Shown here: positions 26,801-38,068 of the stretch, in pieces
Layout: the number at the start of each line of letters is the position of its first letter
How positions within the stretch are numbered: position 1 is the stretch's first letter
From: Cenococcum geophilum
Taxonomy: Eukaryota
Assembly: GCA_050273025.1 (NCBI GenBank)
Contig: CP158635.1
Coordinates: forward strand, 27,032,001-27,096,000
DNA: 64,000 nucleotides
Direction: 5' to 3'
Translations under genes and position numbers: made by a program
Notes under the pieces: generated by a model
The model's database searches: none
What the model was told of the DNA's origin: nothing
The model's input: only the letters and a program-made list of their open reading frames with translations

Positions 26801-27283
26801 AAATAAAAAGATATTATAACGCTAAGAGATCTAAGGGACTAGATCTTAAGGAGGGAGATAAAGTATGGCTACTATATAAAAATTTTAAAAGTTGACGACT
26901 AAGTAAAAAGTTAGACTACGTTAGACTAGGACCTTTTAAAATTATATAGAAAATTTCACTAGTTACGTTTAAGTTAAACCTACCAGCTAAAATAAGAATC
27001 TACCTAGTATAGCACATTATAATGCTAGAGCTAGTATATAAGAATATTAAGCTACCGGTTTACGAGGTAGACACGTATAGAGGGTAAGAAGAAGATAAAT
27101 AACAAGTTTTAAAGATTATTAGTTATAAGAATATAGATAATAAAATATAGTATAAAGTAAAGTGGATAGGCTATAATGAGACTACCTAGGAACTACTAGA
27201 AAATTTAAAAAATGCTATAGAAAAGGTAAAGGAGTACCGGAAGAAAATAGGTTAGGTAATATTAATAAGGAAGGATTACTAAA
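20870..27283 (+). pseudogene. gag-pol of Gypsy A (Gag, protease, RT, RNase H, integrase, chromodomain)
   Basis: CxNCGKQGHFARDC (~21878-21920), ALIDSGAT (~24015), YLDDII (~24981), integrase AYHPQTDGQ (~26490), chromodomain with YEVKWIGYDETTWEP (~27150-27195). RIP stops throughout. Confidence 0.9.
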
Positions 27284-27839
27284 GAATAAGTTACCTAAGG
27301 GGGACCTAGGAAGAGCGACTGCTAAACTACTTAGAGTTATTCCCTTTATAGGAGGAGGGTTGGTTCTCTTATTACTAAGTTCCTATAGACCTTATTTTAT
27401 AAGTTTCCACTCCTTAAAACGGACCTTCTTACGCACTTTCTTAAGATAAAGCAGCTAAGTAAACGCCGCGATGCGAGTATCTAGAGCCTTCTATTCTGTA
27501 TCTTAAGAGCACTTCATCGGCAAAATATGGTACCCTTTTAATGGCCTCAATGGTTGGTGGTTGACGCAATTAGCGCGCAGTTGAGGTCATTTGGCAACTC
27601 GACCTAGCCTATGTCGTGTTTTTTTAACACGCAGCCTACGCGCAGCCTGCGCGCAACCTACGCGCAACCTACGCGCAACCTGCCAGCAATCTGCGCATTT
27701 GGCAACCATAATTATATTTACCTCTTTTATACTAATAGCATATTTTAAATAAATAAAAGCTATTTTAAAGCTATTTATAAGGCTAGCAAAATAAATATTA
27801 TTATTTTAGATAATTTAATATAATATAGCGATGGTTCTC

Positions 27840-28285
27840 TTCTACCTATCTACTATACCTATTGACTTACCTACCTACCTGCATCGCCTACTTATCTATA
27901 TCTACCTACCTATCTATATCGCCTACCTATCTACATCTACCTGTCTGCATTTGCCTACCTATCTGCATCTACCTACCTATCTATATTTACCTACCCGTTA
28001 GCATTTACCTACCTATCTATATCTGCTTACCTGTCTATATCTACTTACCTATCTGCATCTACCTGCCTGTTTATATCTACTTATCTATATCTACTTACCT
28101 ATTTATATCTGCCTACCTGTTAGCATCTACCTACCTATCTATATCTGCTTGCCTATCTGCATCTACTTACCTATCTATATCTGCCTGCCTATCTATATCT
28201 GCTTACCTGTCTGCATCTACCTACCTATCTACATCTACCTACCCGTTAGCATCTACCTGTTTATGCCTACCTGTCTGTGCTACCT
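27840..28285. repeat. Degenerate CTACCTATCTATAT-type simple repeat array
   Basis: Repeated atctacctacct(g/a)tct(g/a)(c/t) units. Mirrored at 62080-62480. Confidence 0.9.
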
Positions 28286-28332
28286 TAATTTGATCGATCG
28301 ATCGAATCGTTTATAGTGTTGGCTGGCTAGTC

Positions 28333-28967
28333 GTTGTCGTCTGGCTCTGGCGACGGTCGTCTGGTTCTGGCGACGGTCGTCTGGCTCTGGCAACGGTCGT
28401 CTGGTTCTGGTAACGGTCGTCTGGCTGGCGACGGTCGTCTGGTTCTGGCGACGGTCGTCTGGCGCTGGCAACGGTCGTCTGGTTCTGGCGACGGTCGTCT
28501 GGCTTTGGCAACGGTCGTCTGGTTCTGGTAACGGTCGTCTGGCTGGCGACGGTTGTCTGGTTCTGGCGACGGTCGTTTGGCGCTGGCAACGGTCGTCTGG
28601 CTCTGGCAACGGTCGTCTGGTTCTGGTAATGGTTGTCTGGCTGGCGACGGTCGTCTGGTTCTGGCGACGGTCGTCTGGCTCTGGCAACGGTCGTCTGGTT
28701 CTGGTAACGGTCGTCTGGCTGGCGACGGTCGTCTGGTTCTGGCGACGGTCGTCTGGCGCTGGCAACGGTCGTCTGGTTCTGGCGACGGTCGTCTGGCTCT
28801 GGCAACGGTTGTCTGGTTCTGGTAACGGTCGTCTGGCTGGCGACGGTTGTCTGGTTCTGGCGACAGTCGTCTGGTTCTGGCGACGGTCGTCTGGCTGGCG
28901 ATGGTCGTCTGGTTCTGGTAACGGTCATCTGGTTCTGGCGACGGTCGTCTAGTTCTAGCAACGGTCC
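28333..28967. repeat. GC-rich 20/18-bp minisatellite (ACGGTCGTCTGGTTCTGGCG), ~32 units with higher-order structure
   Basis: Constant ACGGTCGTCTGG core with a small set of variant tails. Confidence 0.95.
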
Positions 28968-29096
28968 TCTGCTGGCTGCCGTTCTGGTGCCTCCCTAGGT
29001 AGGGAGGATATAAAGAAGGAAGGAAGGGTAAAAAATAAGGTGGTTATATAGGGTAGAGGCACGTGTAGAGGCTATTGGGAATATAGCGGGGACCCG

Positions 29097-29560
29097 ATGC
29101 AGAGCTTTGTGTAGAGCCTCTGTACGCAGAGCTTCGCGCAGAGCCTCGTGCAGAGCCTCTGTACGCAGAGCTTCTCGCAGAGCCTCGTGCAGAGCCTCTG
29201 TACGCAGAGCTTCGCGCAGAGCCTCGCGCAGAGCCTCGTGCAGAGCCTCGTGCAGAGCTTCGTGCAGAGCTTCGTGCAGAGCTTCGTGCAGAGCTTCGTG
29301 CAGAGCTTCGTGCAGAGCTTCGTGCAGAGCTTCGTGCAGAGCTTCGTGCAGAGCTTCGTGCAGAGCTTCGTGCAGAGCTTCGTGCAGAGCTTCGTGCAGA
29401 GCTTCGTGCAGAGCCTCTGTACGCAGAGCTTCGTGTAGAGCCTCGTGAAGAGCCTTATGCGAAGCTTCGTGCAGAGCTTTATGCAGAGCCTCTATGCGTA
29501 GAGCTTCGTGCAGAGCCTCTGTACGTAGAGCTTCGTGTAGAGCCTTATGCAGAGCCTCTA
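29097..29560. repeat. 12-bp minisatellite GCAGAGCTTCGT
   Basis: About 13 perfect consecutive copies at ~29252-29408, with variant units on either side. Confidence 0.95.
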
Positions 29561-29689
29561 AGTAATAAGACTATAAGATTATATGAGATTGTATAAGATT
29601 ATATAGGATTATATATAATAGTTAAATATATAGCATATAACTTTACCTTAATTATACGTTAAGAAATATACAGTTAGCTTTTAAAGTTG

Positions 29690-30000
29690 TTAAGTAGGTT
29701 AACTACATATTAAGTTAATTAAATTATATATTAAGTAGGTTAATTGCGTATTAAGTTAGTTAAATTATATATTAAGTAGGTCAACTACGTATTAAGTTAG
29801 TTAAATTGCATATTAAGTAGGTTAACTATATATTAAGTTAGTTAAATTATATATTAAGTAGATTAACTACGTGTTAAGTTAGTTAAATTATATGTTAAGT
29901 AGGTTAACTATGTATTAAGTTAGTCAAATTATATATTAAGTTGGTTAATTGCGTGTTAAGTTAGTTAATTGCGTGTCGAGTTAGTTAAATTACATGTTAA
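29690..30000. repeat. AT-rich 20/21-bp alternating repeat (~41-bp dimer), RIP-mutated
   Basis: taagttagttaaattatatat alternates with taagtaggttaactacgt(a/g)t. Mirrored at 60360-60630. Confidence 0.9.
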
Positions 30001-30520
30001 TTACGCGAAACGCGAAAACTAAAGTCTACTTAAATCTTATCCTGCGAATATTTTCCCGATGTTAAACTTAGTAAGAGCCTACGCTAGGTCACTATTAAGC
30101 TTTATAGCAGCAGATTAAATATAAGACCCTATAACAAATTACTTAGGGAACTTAACGACTATTAAGAGTTATAGGACGTGTATACTTAGCGTTAAAAGTA
30201 GAGCGAACATCGCAGGACGATTAAATGTTTGCTTTAGTGTACTCTAAGTAAGAGAATAGTTGCTAAGATAAAGGACTCGCTAACGTAACGCAAACTAAAC
30301 CCTCTTTTATATAATGAGAATATAGAGATAGTATAATCTTACTAAGCGATAATATAGCAGCGATAGTGCAGGCACGACATTGCGCGTATAAAGAAGAAGA
30401 TGCTTTAGGTATAATAAGCAATAATATTAACTAAATTAACTAGACGGATATTATACCTCTAGTAAACAACTTAGAGATATTTAGAATCTTTAAGGATAAA
30501 GATAGAGAGGAGGGAGATAG

Positions 30521-30942
30521 TATTACGGACGCTTTAAGTATAATATTATAACTACTTAAAGAGGAGTTAGAAGAAGCTAGTTAGTTAATATAAGTATAGT
30601 CTATAATAGAGCCGGTAGAACTATATAATAAAGAATAGTAAGCAAGTTATATAATATACTATGTATTAAATAAGAGGAATAGAAGGAACTTATATACCTT
30701 ATATATAATACGTATATTACGTATAAGAAGGATTTTATAGGAGTATAGTTATATATTTAAGGACCCTTAGTCCCTACCTAGATAGTTCCTTCCTTATAGT
30801 AATTCTTAGAATATAATTAGAGTTAATCTATTAGGCAACCACTCCACCAGTTATTATTACGTTGTTAACTTTAATTTACATTACCTATACACCTAGCCCA
30901 TTAACGAGCTTATTGTAGTACTTGCTATAAGGTTCCGTTACA
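30521..30942 (+). repeat. 3' LTR of Gypsy A
   Basis: Follows the PPT, ends ccgttaca, then TSD TCCTA. Confidence 0.95.
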
Positions 30943-32107
30943 TCCTACCTATATTAGTCCTTCTAGTTTCCGTCGCTTTAAGAAAAATATTAGTAAAAGT
31001 GTTAATATTTCTAGGGATAGGAGTGCTAATAATACCGCTAATAATAACGTTAAGATAGAAGAGGAGGCTCCTGTTACTGCTACTAGTGTTTAAATTATTA
31101 TTTAGTTCTTTTCTTTTTTATTATTATAAAATAGCTTTATATAGTGCTTCTTGGGTACCTTTAAAATACCCTATTATTAGGAATTAACTTTATACTTTAG
31201 GGATGCCTTTATTCTAAGCTTTAGTAACAATCTATATAAAGGTAGTATATTACTATAATCCCCATATATAATAAACGAGTAGTATTCCTATAGATGCTTT
31301 ATAATTTTATAAAAATTTTAATTCTTTATAGGCTGTCTTTTTGCTCCTCTTTATACTATTAACTCTACTATATATCTCTAGTACTAGACTAGATACTCTT
31401 CTTTTATCCCTAGGGGATCCCTCTAAATCCCTAAGACCTTTTCTTATAGTGCTACTACTTATTCTTAAACAGCGTCTTCTTTAAACAGTATCCCTAGTAG
31501 TTCTTTTATAGATCTCTATAAGCTTCCTTTTATAGGGTTCTAGGATCCCTATTATAATAGCAAAACGTTTCCGTTTTTAATACCTATACTTAACCTTACG
31601 GTTTTAATTTACAGGGTTTTCTCTATTGTTTTATTTATAGTATATCTAGAACCGTTACTAAATCTTTACCTTTAGTCCTTAGGAAGGTTTTAATTGCTAT
31701 ATTATATCCCAGCTAAAGGTGCTCCTTAGGTTCCTAACTATTATATACTTAGGAGTATCCTTTCTAACGGATTAAGAATTTGCGCTTCTTCTAGCGCTAT
31801 TTTTAGTTTAAAATGTCTTCTATATTTTATTCTAGTTCCCTATTAATTTTACTAGGTAGTAGTAGTTCCGTACTATCTCTTCTCTAATATAGCTTTAGTA
31901 AGGAAATATAAAATATAGGATATATTAAATATAATTTCGGCAATTCTAATTTATAGGCTTAATTTCCTTTAGTTTTCCTAACTATCTTAAAGGGTTTAAG
32001 CTACTAGTAATTTAGCTTCTTCTTAATACTTTTTATTTAAATATTTTTTATAAATAGTAAGACTTCGTCTCTTATCTTAAATTCTTTTAGTATATATTTT
32101 TTGTTAT

Positions 32108-35100
32108 TATCGGGAATAAGGCAATTTGCCCTTACGTACGGCAAATTGCCGTCACGTAAGGCAACTTGCCGTCACGTGCCGTCGTGGCACTAGCGCGGTG
32201 AGGAACCTTAGGTTCCTCACCCTCCCCTATCTAATATAACAAGCTTTTCCATCACTGTATCTACTCAAGTAATATTAGTGATTTCCCCTATATTACTAAC
32301 ACTAATCAGTAGTTAAATACACAGTCAACTACAGAATAGCAAGGTTTTTAATAGAAGAGATAGTCTCGTGCAGGGGTGCCATATACGCTTATATAGAATG
32401 GATCCCGGCGATACTATACTACCTTAGACTTACGGAAAACTAGTAATAGAAGTGTTACTAAGTACTAGGAGATACCAAGTTGCGTCTATTACGCAGAACA
32501 ATTACATTTACAAAGATTTAGTTAAGTACTCTAGGTTAGAAGTGTTACTAAACCTAAGGTCCTAAATCAACGTCCGAAACGCGTTAAACAATATCTCAAA
32601 TTACCTACCTTTTAACAGCAAACCTACGAGATTCTACAAAACCGAAAACCCTACCTACCTTCGACGTATAACACCCCGTTAATTCTACACTAATTATAGC
32701 GTTAACCTACCTAAAGAAGTACGAGAAGGACATTAACCTAGAGATATAGCATAAAGATATCGACCCTATAAATGCCGAACAACAGGACCTAAACGGATTC
32801 TTACTACACTATATGGCATACTATAAAGACAGCGAATACAATGATACTGTGCTTTGGTATTATATAAAGGAGGACTTTATTAAATAGACAAAGGAAACAT
32901 AGGCTCTTGCGATAAAGGTTATCGTATAAAACTTCCGTAACTTCCTTTAGGAGAACGGAGTATTTGTCCCTATAGATGGGGGCGCTATTAAAGATAATAT
33001 TTAGGAGTATATTATTAACGCAAAAGAAGAGCATAAATAGACTCTATAAGAAATTAAGCACTAACTACGCACTATAAGGAAGCTTAACTTACAATAGAAT
33101 TTAAACGATACACTAACAGAGACATATTCTAATTCCATTGCTCTAGAGTAAGCGCAAGACCCCCTTACTTCGCGATTTAATAACCTTCAAACTCTACTAG
33201 AGCAAGACTAGGTACTACGCCGTGTTCTATCGGGCTCTATATCTCCACTGCAGCCTATAAAGCAATCCCCACCTTAATCTTTAATGCAATTTTAACGTGG
33301 CCTAATACCGCTTAAAGGCACTTTAAAGATGCTTATAGAGCTTACGAAGCTCTATTCGGACCAAAAGAAGAAGTTTAGCGGGGAACTGTATAATATCCTC
33401 AATTCAAAGCTGCGTATCTTTTATAACTGTTACTAGAAGGTTAGACTGGAACCTAACTAATATTATAACGCCTATTCCGTTATACTTAAGGGCCGCGCTA
33501 GTACCTTCTATTATAATCGTCTAGTAGGAAAAGGATATAATTTTAACCAAATGATATATAAGATAAGATGCCACTTTAAAATAGAAGAGAATAAGCAGCA
33601 GTATATGTCGGAGTGGAGAGAGACTACCTTTTTAAGAATTATTGCTATAAACCTAGGTGTCTCTCGGCTCGATTGTCTTTAAAAGCTCTTTAATTAACTT
33701 TAGACGATTTAGTATGGTTTATCCGAATTATATTAAGAGGACTTTAGCCTATATAATTAAGTTATTAGCGCATGCTAAGGTGTTAAAGAATGTAACCTTA
33801 CTCTCTTTAATCCTATAAACACTTATAAAGGAGTATATGCCTAATTAAGATCCTCTATTGGCACAGCTCTGCGCTCTTAAGAAGTATAGCAATTTAACAC
33901 CTAACCCTAACCTACTTTAATTAACCTAACCAACTAACACAATTATAACTGGACTAATCGAATATATAGTGGCCGCGGTAGGGGATATAGTAGAGGGTAC
34001 GATTAACGTTAACCACAAGGTAATTATAGAGGTTTATTTCGGAGCAATTGTTAGAAGAAGTGCTACGTTTGTAAGAAGCTAAATTACTAGTTAACCAGGC
34101 ACCCCCTTAATAGACGAAAGGAGGCATATAACAAGTTCCGCCAGAGTATACGAAACATTGGAAATTATAAAGTTACTACGGCCTACTTTTAAAGCTTCCT
34201 GGTTCAATATAAAGGTATAGAAGATCTTAAGGGTGAGGTTAACGAGGCCGAACAGCTCCTTATAGATATAGAAATTAAGGACTACTCCTCTAACTAATAC
34301 TTCACTGAGTATAGTAAGGTAAATAGCATATAAACCATTGCTATCCTTAATAACCAATCTACGCTCCATTCTGTTATAAAGTTAGATATCTTTAATAAGC
34401 CAAAGGAAAGTTCCGTGTTCTTCTTTAACAATAGATACTCAGCGAACGTCTTCTATAGTATTATACTAGATACTAGAGCCGCAGGAGTATTTATAGTAGA
34501 AGAACCTTAAGTTTAAGCCCTTTAGCAGCTTAATAGATCTATTTAGATTAACTAATTAACGGTAGGCTAATATACAATCCGCTTTAGCAAGGGTACTATA
34601 ATCTCTCTTGGTACAATTAAGGTCCAAACCCCATTAGGATATATCACTTTTTATATTATTCCCGCGAATACCCCGTTCCTATTCTGCATCCAAGATATAG
34701 ATAGATTAGGCGTTAAGCTTAATAACCTTAAGAACGTGCTTATCTAGGGAAATAATTAGGTGCCCGTTGTATATAAGTAGGGTCACCCTTAATTGCTCCT
34801 TTAATAGCTAGAAAGGAGCATTACCTAGAGCCATTTAACCGAGTTAGAGCTACGCCAACTACATTATTATTTTAGTCACCTATCCGTCCACTAACTGCTT
34901 AGGGTTCTTTAGCGAGCAGGTTATAAGGTTAAGGTTAAGATAATTAAGCATCTTATAAAGTACTACTATTACTGTTAAATAAACCAGAAGTCCCCTGGCC
35001 AATTTAAGTTTACCCTTAAAGATAACTACAACTTTAACTTCTGTATTATTATTGACATTATATATCTTAGCGGCAAGCCAGTACTCTAAGTTATTAACTT

Positions 35101-38068
35101 CTTAACCTCCTTCTAAGCCGTACGTTTTCTAAGGGATATGTTAGCTAGGAACGCATAGGATACTCTTTAATTATACTAGATTAATGTTTACCTAGGACCC
35201 CCTAACCAAGTTATTTATAATATAGGAAGGAACTTCTTATCTATAGAGTTTTGGTAATAAGCAAAGGCAATAGTAATTAAGGTTAAGGAAGTCCCTGTTA
35301 AGGCATATAATAGCGTTAAAAAAGTGGAACAATATTATACGCTATTACGCCAAGTATATAAGATTATTTCTTTAGAACTAGAGGATGCTAGCAAAGAGCT
35401 TATCTTACAGATGGCTATTAAGGCTGTTAACGATTCCGCTGGTCTAAATGGACTTATACCTACATTACTAGTCTTTAGCGCTTACCCTCAAATAACTAAC
35501 AATTCTCTACTATCTCCCTCCATTGTGTAATAAGCTAAGGCTATTCGCAAGGTAATAAAAGAGGTGCGACGTATCTACGCCACGCGCTAGGTCAACGACG
35601 CACTAGGAATAAGAAATGGCCTAAATACCTTAACTACGCTTAATTTGCCTCTCTAATCTAAAGTATAGGTATAGCGTAAGAAGGGAGGATGGTTAGGGCC
35701 ATATAAACTTATTATAAGTAATAGTTAAACTTATACTCTTTAAATGCCCTATAGACCTACTTAATTCCGTTTAACCGTTATTAAGCCCTATTATAGAAAT
35801 AACAGTTATAAGCCTTTATAGGATGCCCTAGAGGATTCCCTAGAGAATGCCCTAGAGGATACCCTAGAGGAGAACTACGATTAACGTACTCTAGAAGGAG
35901 ACTATAATTCTAATATAATTGCAGCAGATGTACCGTAACCATGACGCGGTAAAGGTCGCCCGAAAGGATCACGAAATCGCTAATACCTTGTTAATTTTAA
36001 AGAGCAATTTATTACCGCTATTAAGAGTAGAGACGAGTTATTAATGGCCTTTATAACAGCTAAAGAGAAGGCTAACTTTGAGCTCGTAAAATAGCTCCAA
36101 AAGGAAGGCCATATTATAACCTTAGGAGCTCCTTTTTAAGCATCTGACAAACAAGAGATCGACGGTCTTATTTTAAGAGGAGTCTTTAAATTTAAGAAGT
36201 ACGACCCTACCAAGTTTAATGGAGTTCGCATCTTTAAGTTAAAAATAGTTAATAAGATTAAGGGTAAAGCTACTAACGCCCTATTTAAGAAATTAAGGCT
36301 TATTATCTAAGGTTACAACGATAATAGTAAGGAGGTAATCCTTACGTAATCCCCTATAATTTAACGAGCTAGTTAGCGAGTTATTGTTGTACTAGCTCCC
36401 TCCTTAATAAAGAATGAAATGGCAGTTTATTTATAAGATATCACTTAAGCCTATACCCAATTAGAGACGCACCTTTAGCGCTTAATATTAGCATATCTTT
36501 TAGAATAAATTCGCCACCAATATCCCGAAGATACAATTATGGTTATTCTTAAGCCATTATACGGAATCGCAGAGGCAGAAACCTATTGGTAGGCTACCTA
36601 CAGCAAGCACCATAAGAAGAAGCTTTTAATGACTACTTCTATATTTAATCCCTACTTCCTTATTATAACTACGGGAACCCTATTTGGAATCGTTGGTATA
36701 TAAACCAATAATATAATTATCTTAGGAGACGACTAATTCTTAGCTCTTAAAGAAGACGAGCTAGTAAAGGCAAATCTTATAGTAAAGCTAAAGGAAAGAC
36801 TTAGTTTAATAACACCATTACTCTTTAATAGATGCATCCTCTCCCTAAACGAGGATTCTATTACTTTACGCCAGAAGGGTTAAGGTAAGAAGATTAACGT
36901 TATTAACGTTAATTCTCTAAAGCAAGGATACGTGGAGCAACGCGCTCGCGGAGCTTATATTGCTTCTATCTATTAACCTAAGGCTTCCTTTAATCTCTCT
37001 ATTGCCGCTTAACACCAGAAACTAACTAAGGACGACATTCTTGCCCTAAATAAGCGTCTTTCCTAGTAAATAAACCATCTCGATTAAGGACTACTCTATA
37101 TACCTATTAATCTTCCCACCGCTAAGCTCTTCGTGTTTATTAATAGGTCGTTTATAAATAATAAAGATTTTAGCTCCTAGCTAGGATATAAGATTATTAT
37201 CGCAAATGAATCTATCGGAGAGAATAACTTCATAATCTACGGCAATCTTATTTATTAGAGCTTAACTAAGAGTAAGCGTATTACTTAAAGCGTTCTAGCG
37301 TTAGAGATATATAAAATAGTCGGCGGAGTTAATATAGCAATTACAATCGAAACTACCTTAAAGATAATTATAGATCGACTTAAACTTCCTATTATCCCTA
37401 TAATCGTATATACCGACTTATATTCCCTCTATAAGTGTTTAGTTAAGCTTAGTACTACAAAAGAGAAGCGCCTTATAATTAATATTATAGCACTACGGCA
37501 ATCTTACGAGCGTTAAGAACTCTTTAAGATTTAATAGATTAATAGCTAAGATAACCTAGTAGATGTGATAATAAAGGCAAACCTAAATAAGGCGCTAGAG
37601 ACGTTTGTTAATATAAATACTCTATATATACGAGTTAAAGGTTAGGTTAAGAGGGAGTAAAAGATATAGCGAGGGCCGCTAAGGCGCTAGTAGTAAGCGA
37701 GCTAATAGCGATTTTCCATACCGGGTATAGAAAATTGTAATTAGCTAGTAGAAGTCCGGGTTAGTAGAATAAGGCATATTACCTGCTAAAGTCTACTATA
37801 TTCTACCCACTGTTGTATTATCGCATATGGTCTGTTTGTATATAAATAGCAACTATAAAAAGAAGAGTTGCTAGTGTTGGGAATGAGGTAATTTGCCCTT
37901 ACGTGCGGCAAATTGCCGTCACGTGAGGCAACTTGCCGTCATGTGCCGTCGTGGCACTAGCGCGGTGAGGAACCTTAGGTTCCTCACCCTCCCCTATCTA
38001 ATACAATAAGCTTTTCCATCACTGTATCTACTCGAGTAGTATTGGTGATTTCCCCTGTGTTACCAACA
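32108..38068 (+). mobile_element. Full-length Ty1/Copia retrotransposon, RIP-mutated, inserted in the Gypsy B integrase region
   Basis: 194-bp LTRs at 32108-32301 and 37875-38068. 5-bp TSD GTTAT (32103-32107 and 38069-38073). Gag CYVCKK knuckle (~34060), protease-like DTGA (~34470), then integrase, RT and RNase H in Copia order. Confidence 0.93.

Larger units (their letters stand above)
27515..30061. mobile_element. Non-autonomous TIR element composed of stacked minisatellite arrays (copy 1, complete)
   Basis: 14-bp TIRs CATCGGCAAAATAT / ATATTTTCCCGATG (1 mismatch), flanked by TT on both sides. Second inverted copy at 60300-62527. No transposase motif seen. Confidence 0.85.
27260..30412 (-). 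pseudogene. Antisense accessory gene of Gypsy A (Cys6 zinc-cluster-like motif plus coiled coil, probable 55-bp intron), split by the TIR element
   Basis: With RIP reverted: MPKASSS…MPSPCSRCAKEGLVCV…SCSECTKANIRSSCDVRS…, then a putative intron at 30129-30183. The frame rejoins across the 27515-30061 insertion when the TT duplication is counted once. 3' end uncertain. Confidence 0.65.
20405..30942 (+). mobile_element. Full-length Ty3/Gypsy chromovirus 'A', RIP-mutated
   Basis: 422-bp LTRs at 20405-20826 and 30521-30942. 5-bp TSD TCCTA (20400-20404 and 30943-30947). PPT at 30501-30520. gag-pol inside. Confidence 0.95.

Noticed and set aside
28333..28967. CRISPR-like appearance of a constant core with variable linkers
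   Set aside because: Linkers are 6-8 bp drawn from about five recurring variants, not unique spacers. The context is eukaryotic and no cas genes are present.
27862..29448. ORFs of 65-216 aa in several frames (PEPDDRR…, CRAS…, QSFV…)
   Set aside because: They are translations of stop-free minisatellites, open in multiple frames on both strands, and unit number differs between copies. There is no evidence of coding.
27515..30061. Helitron interpretation (A|TC start)
   Set aside because: There is no CTRR 3' end or subterminal hairpin. Symmetric TIRs and a 2-bp duplication fit better.
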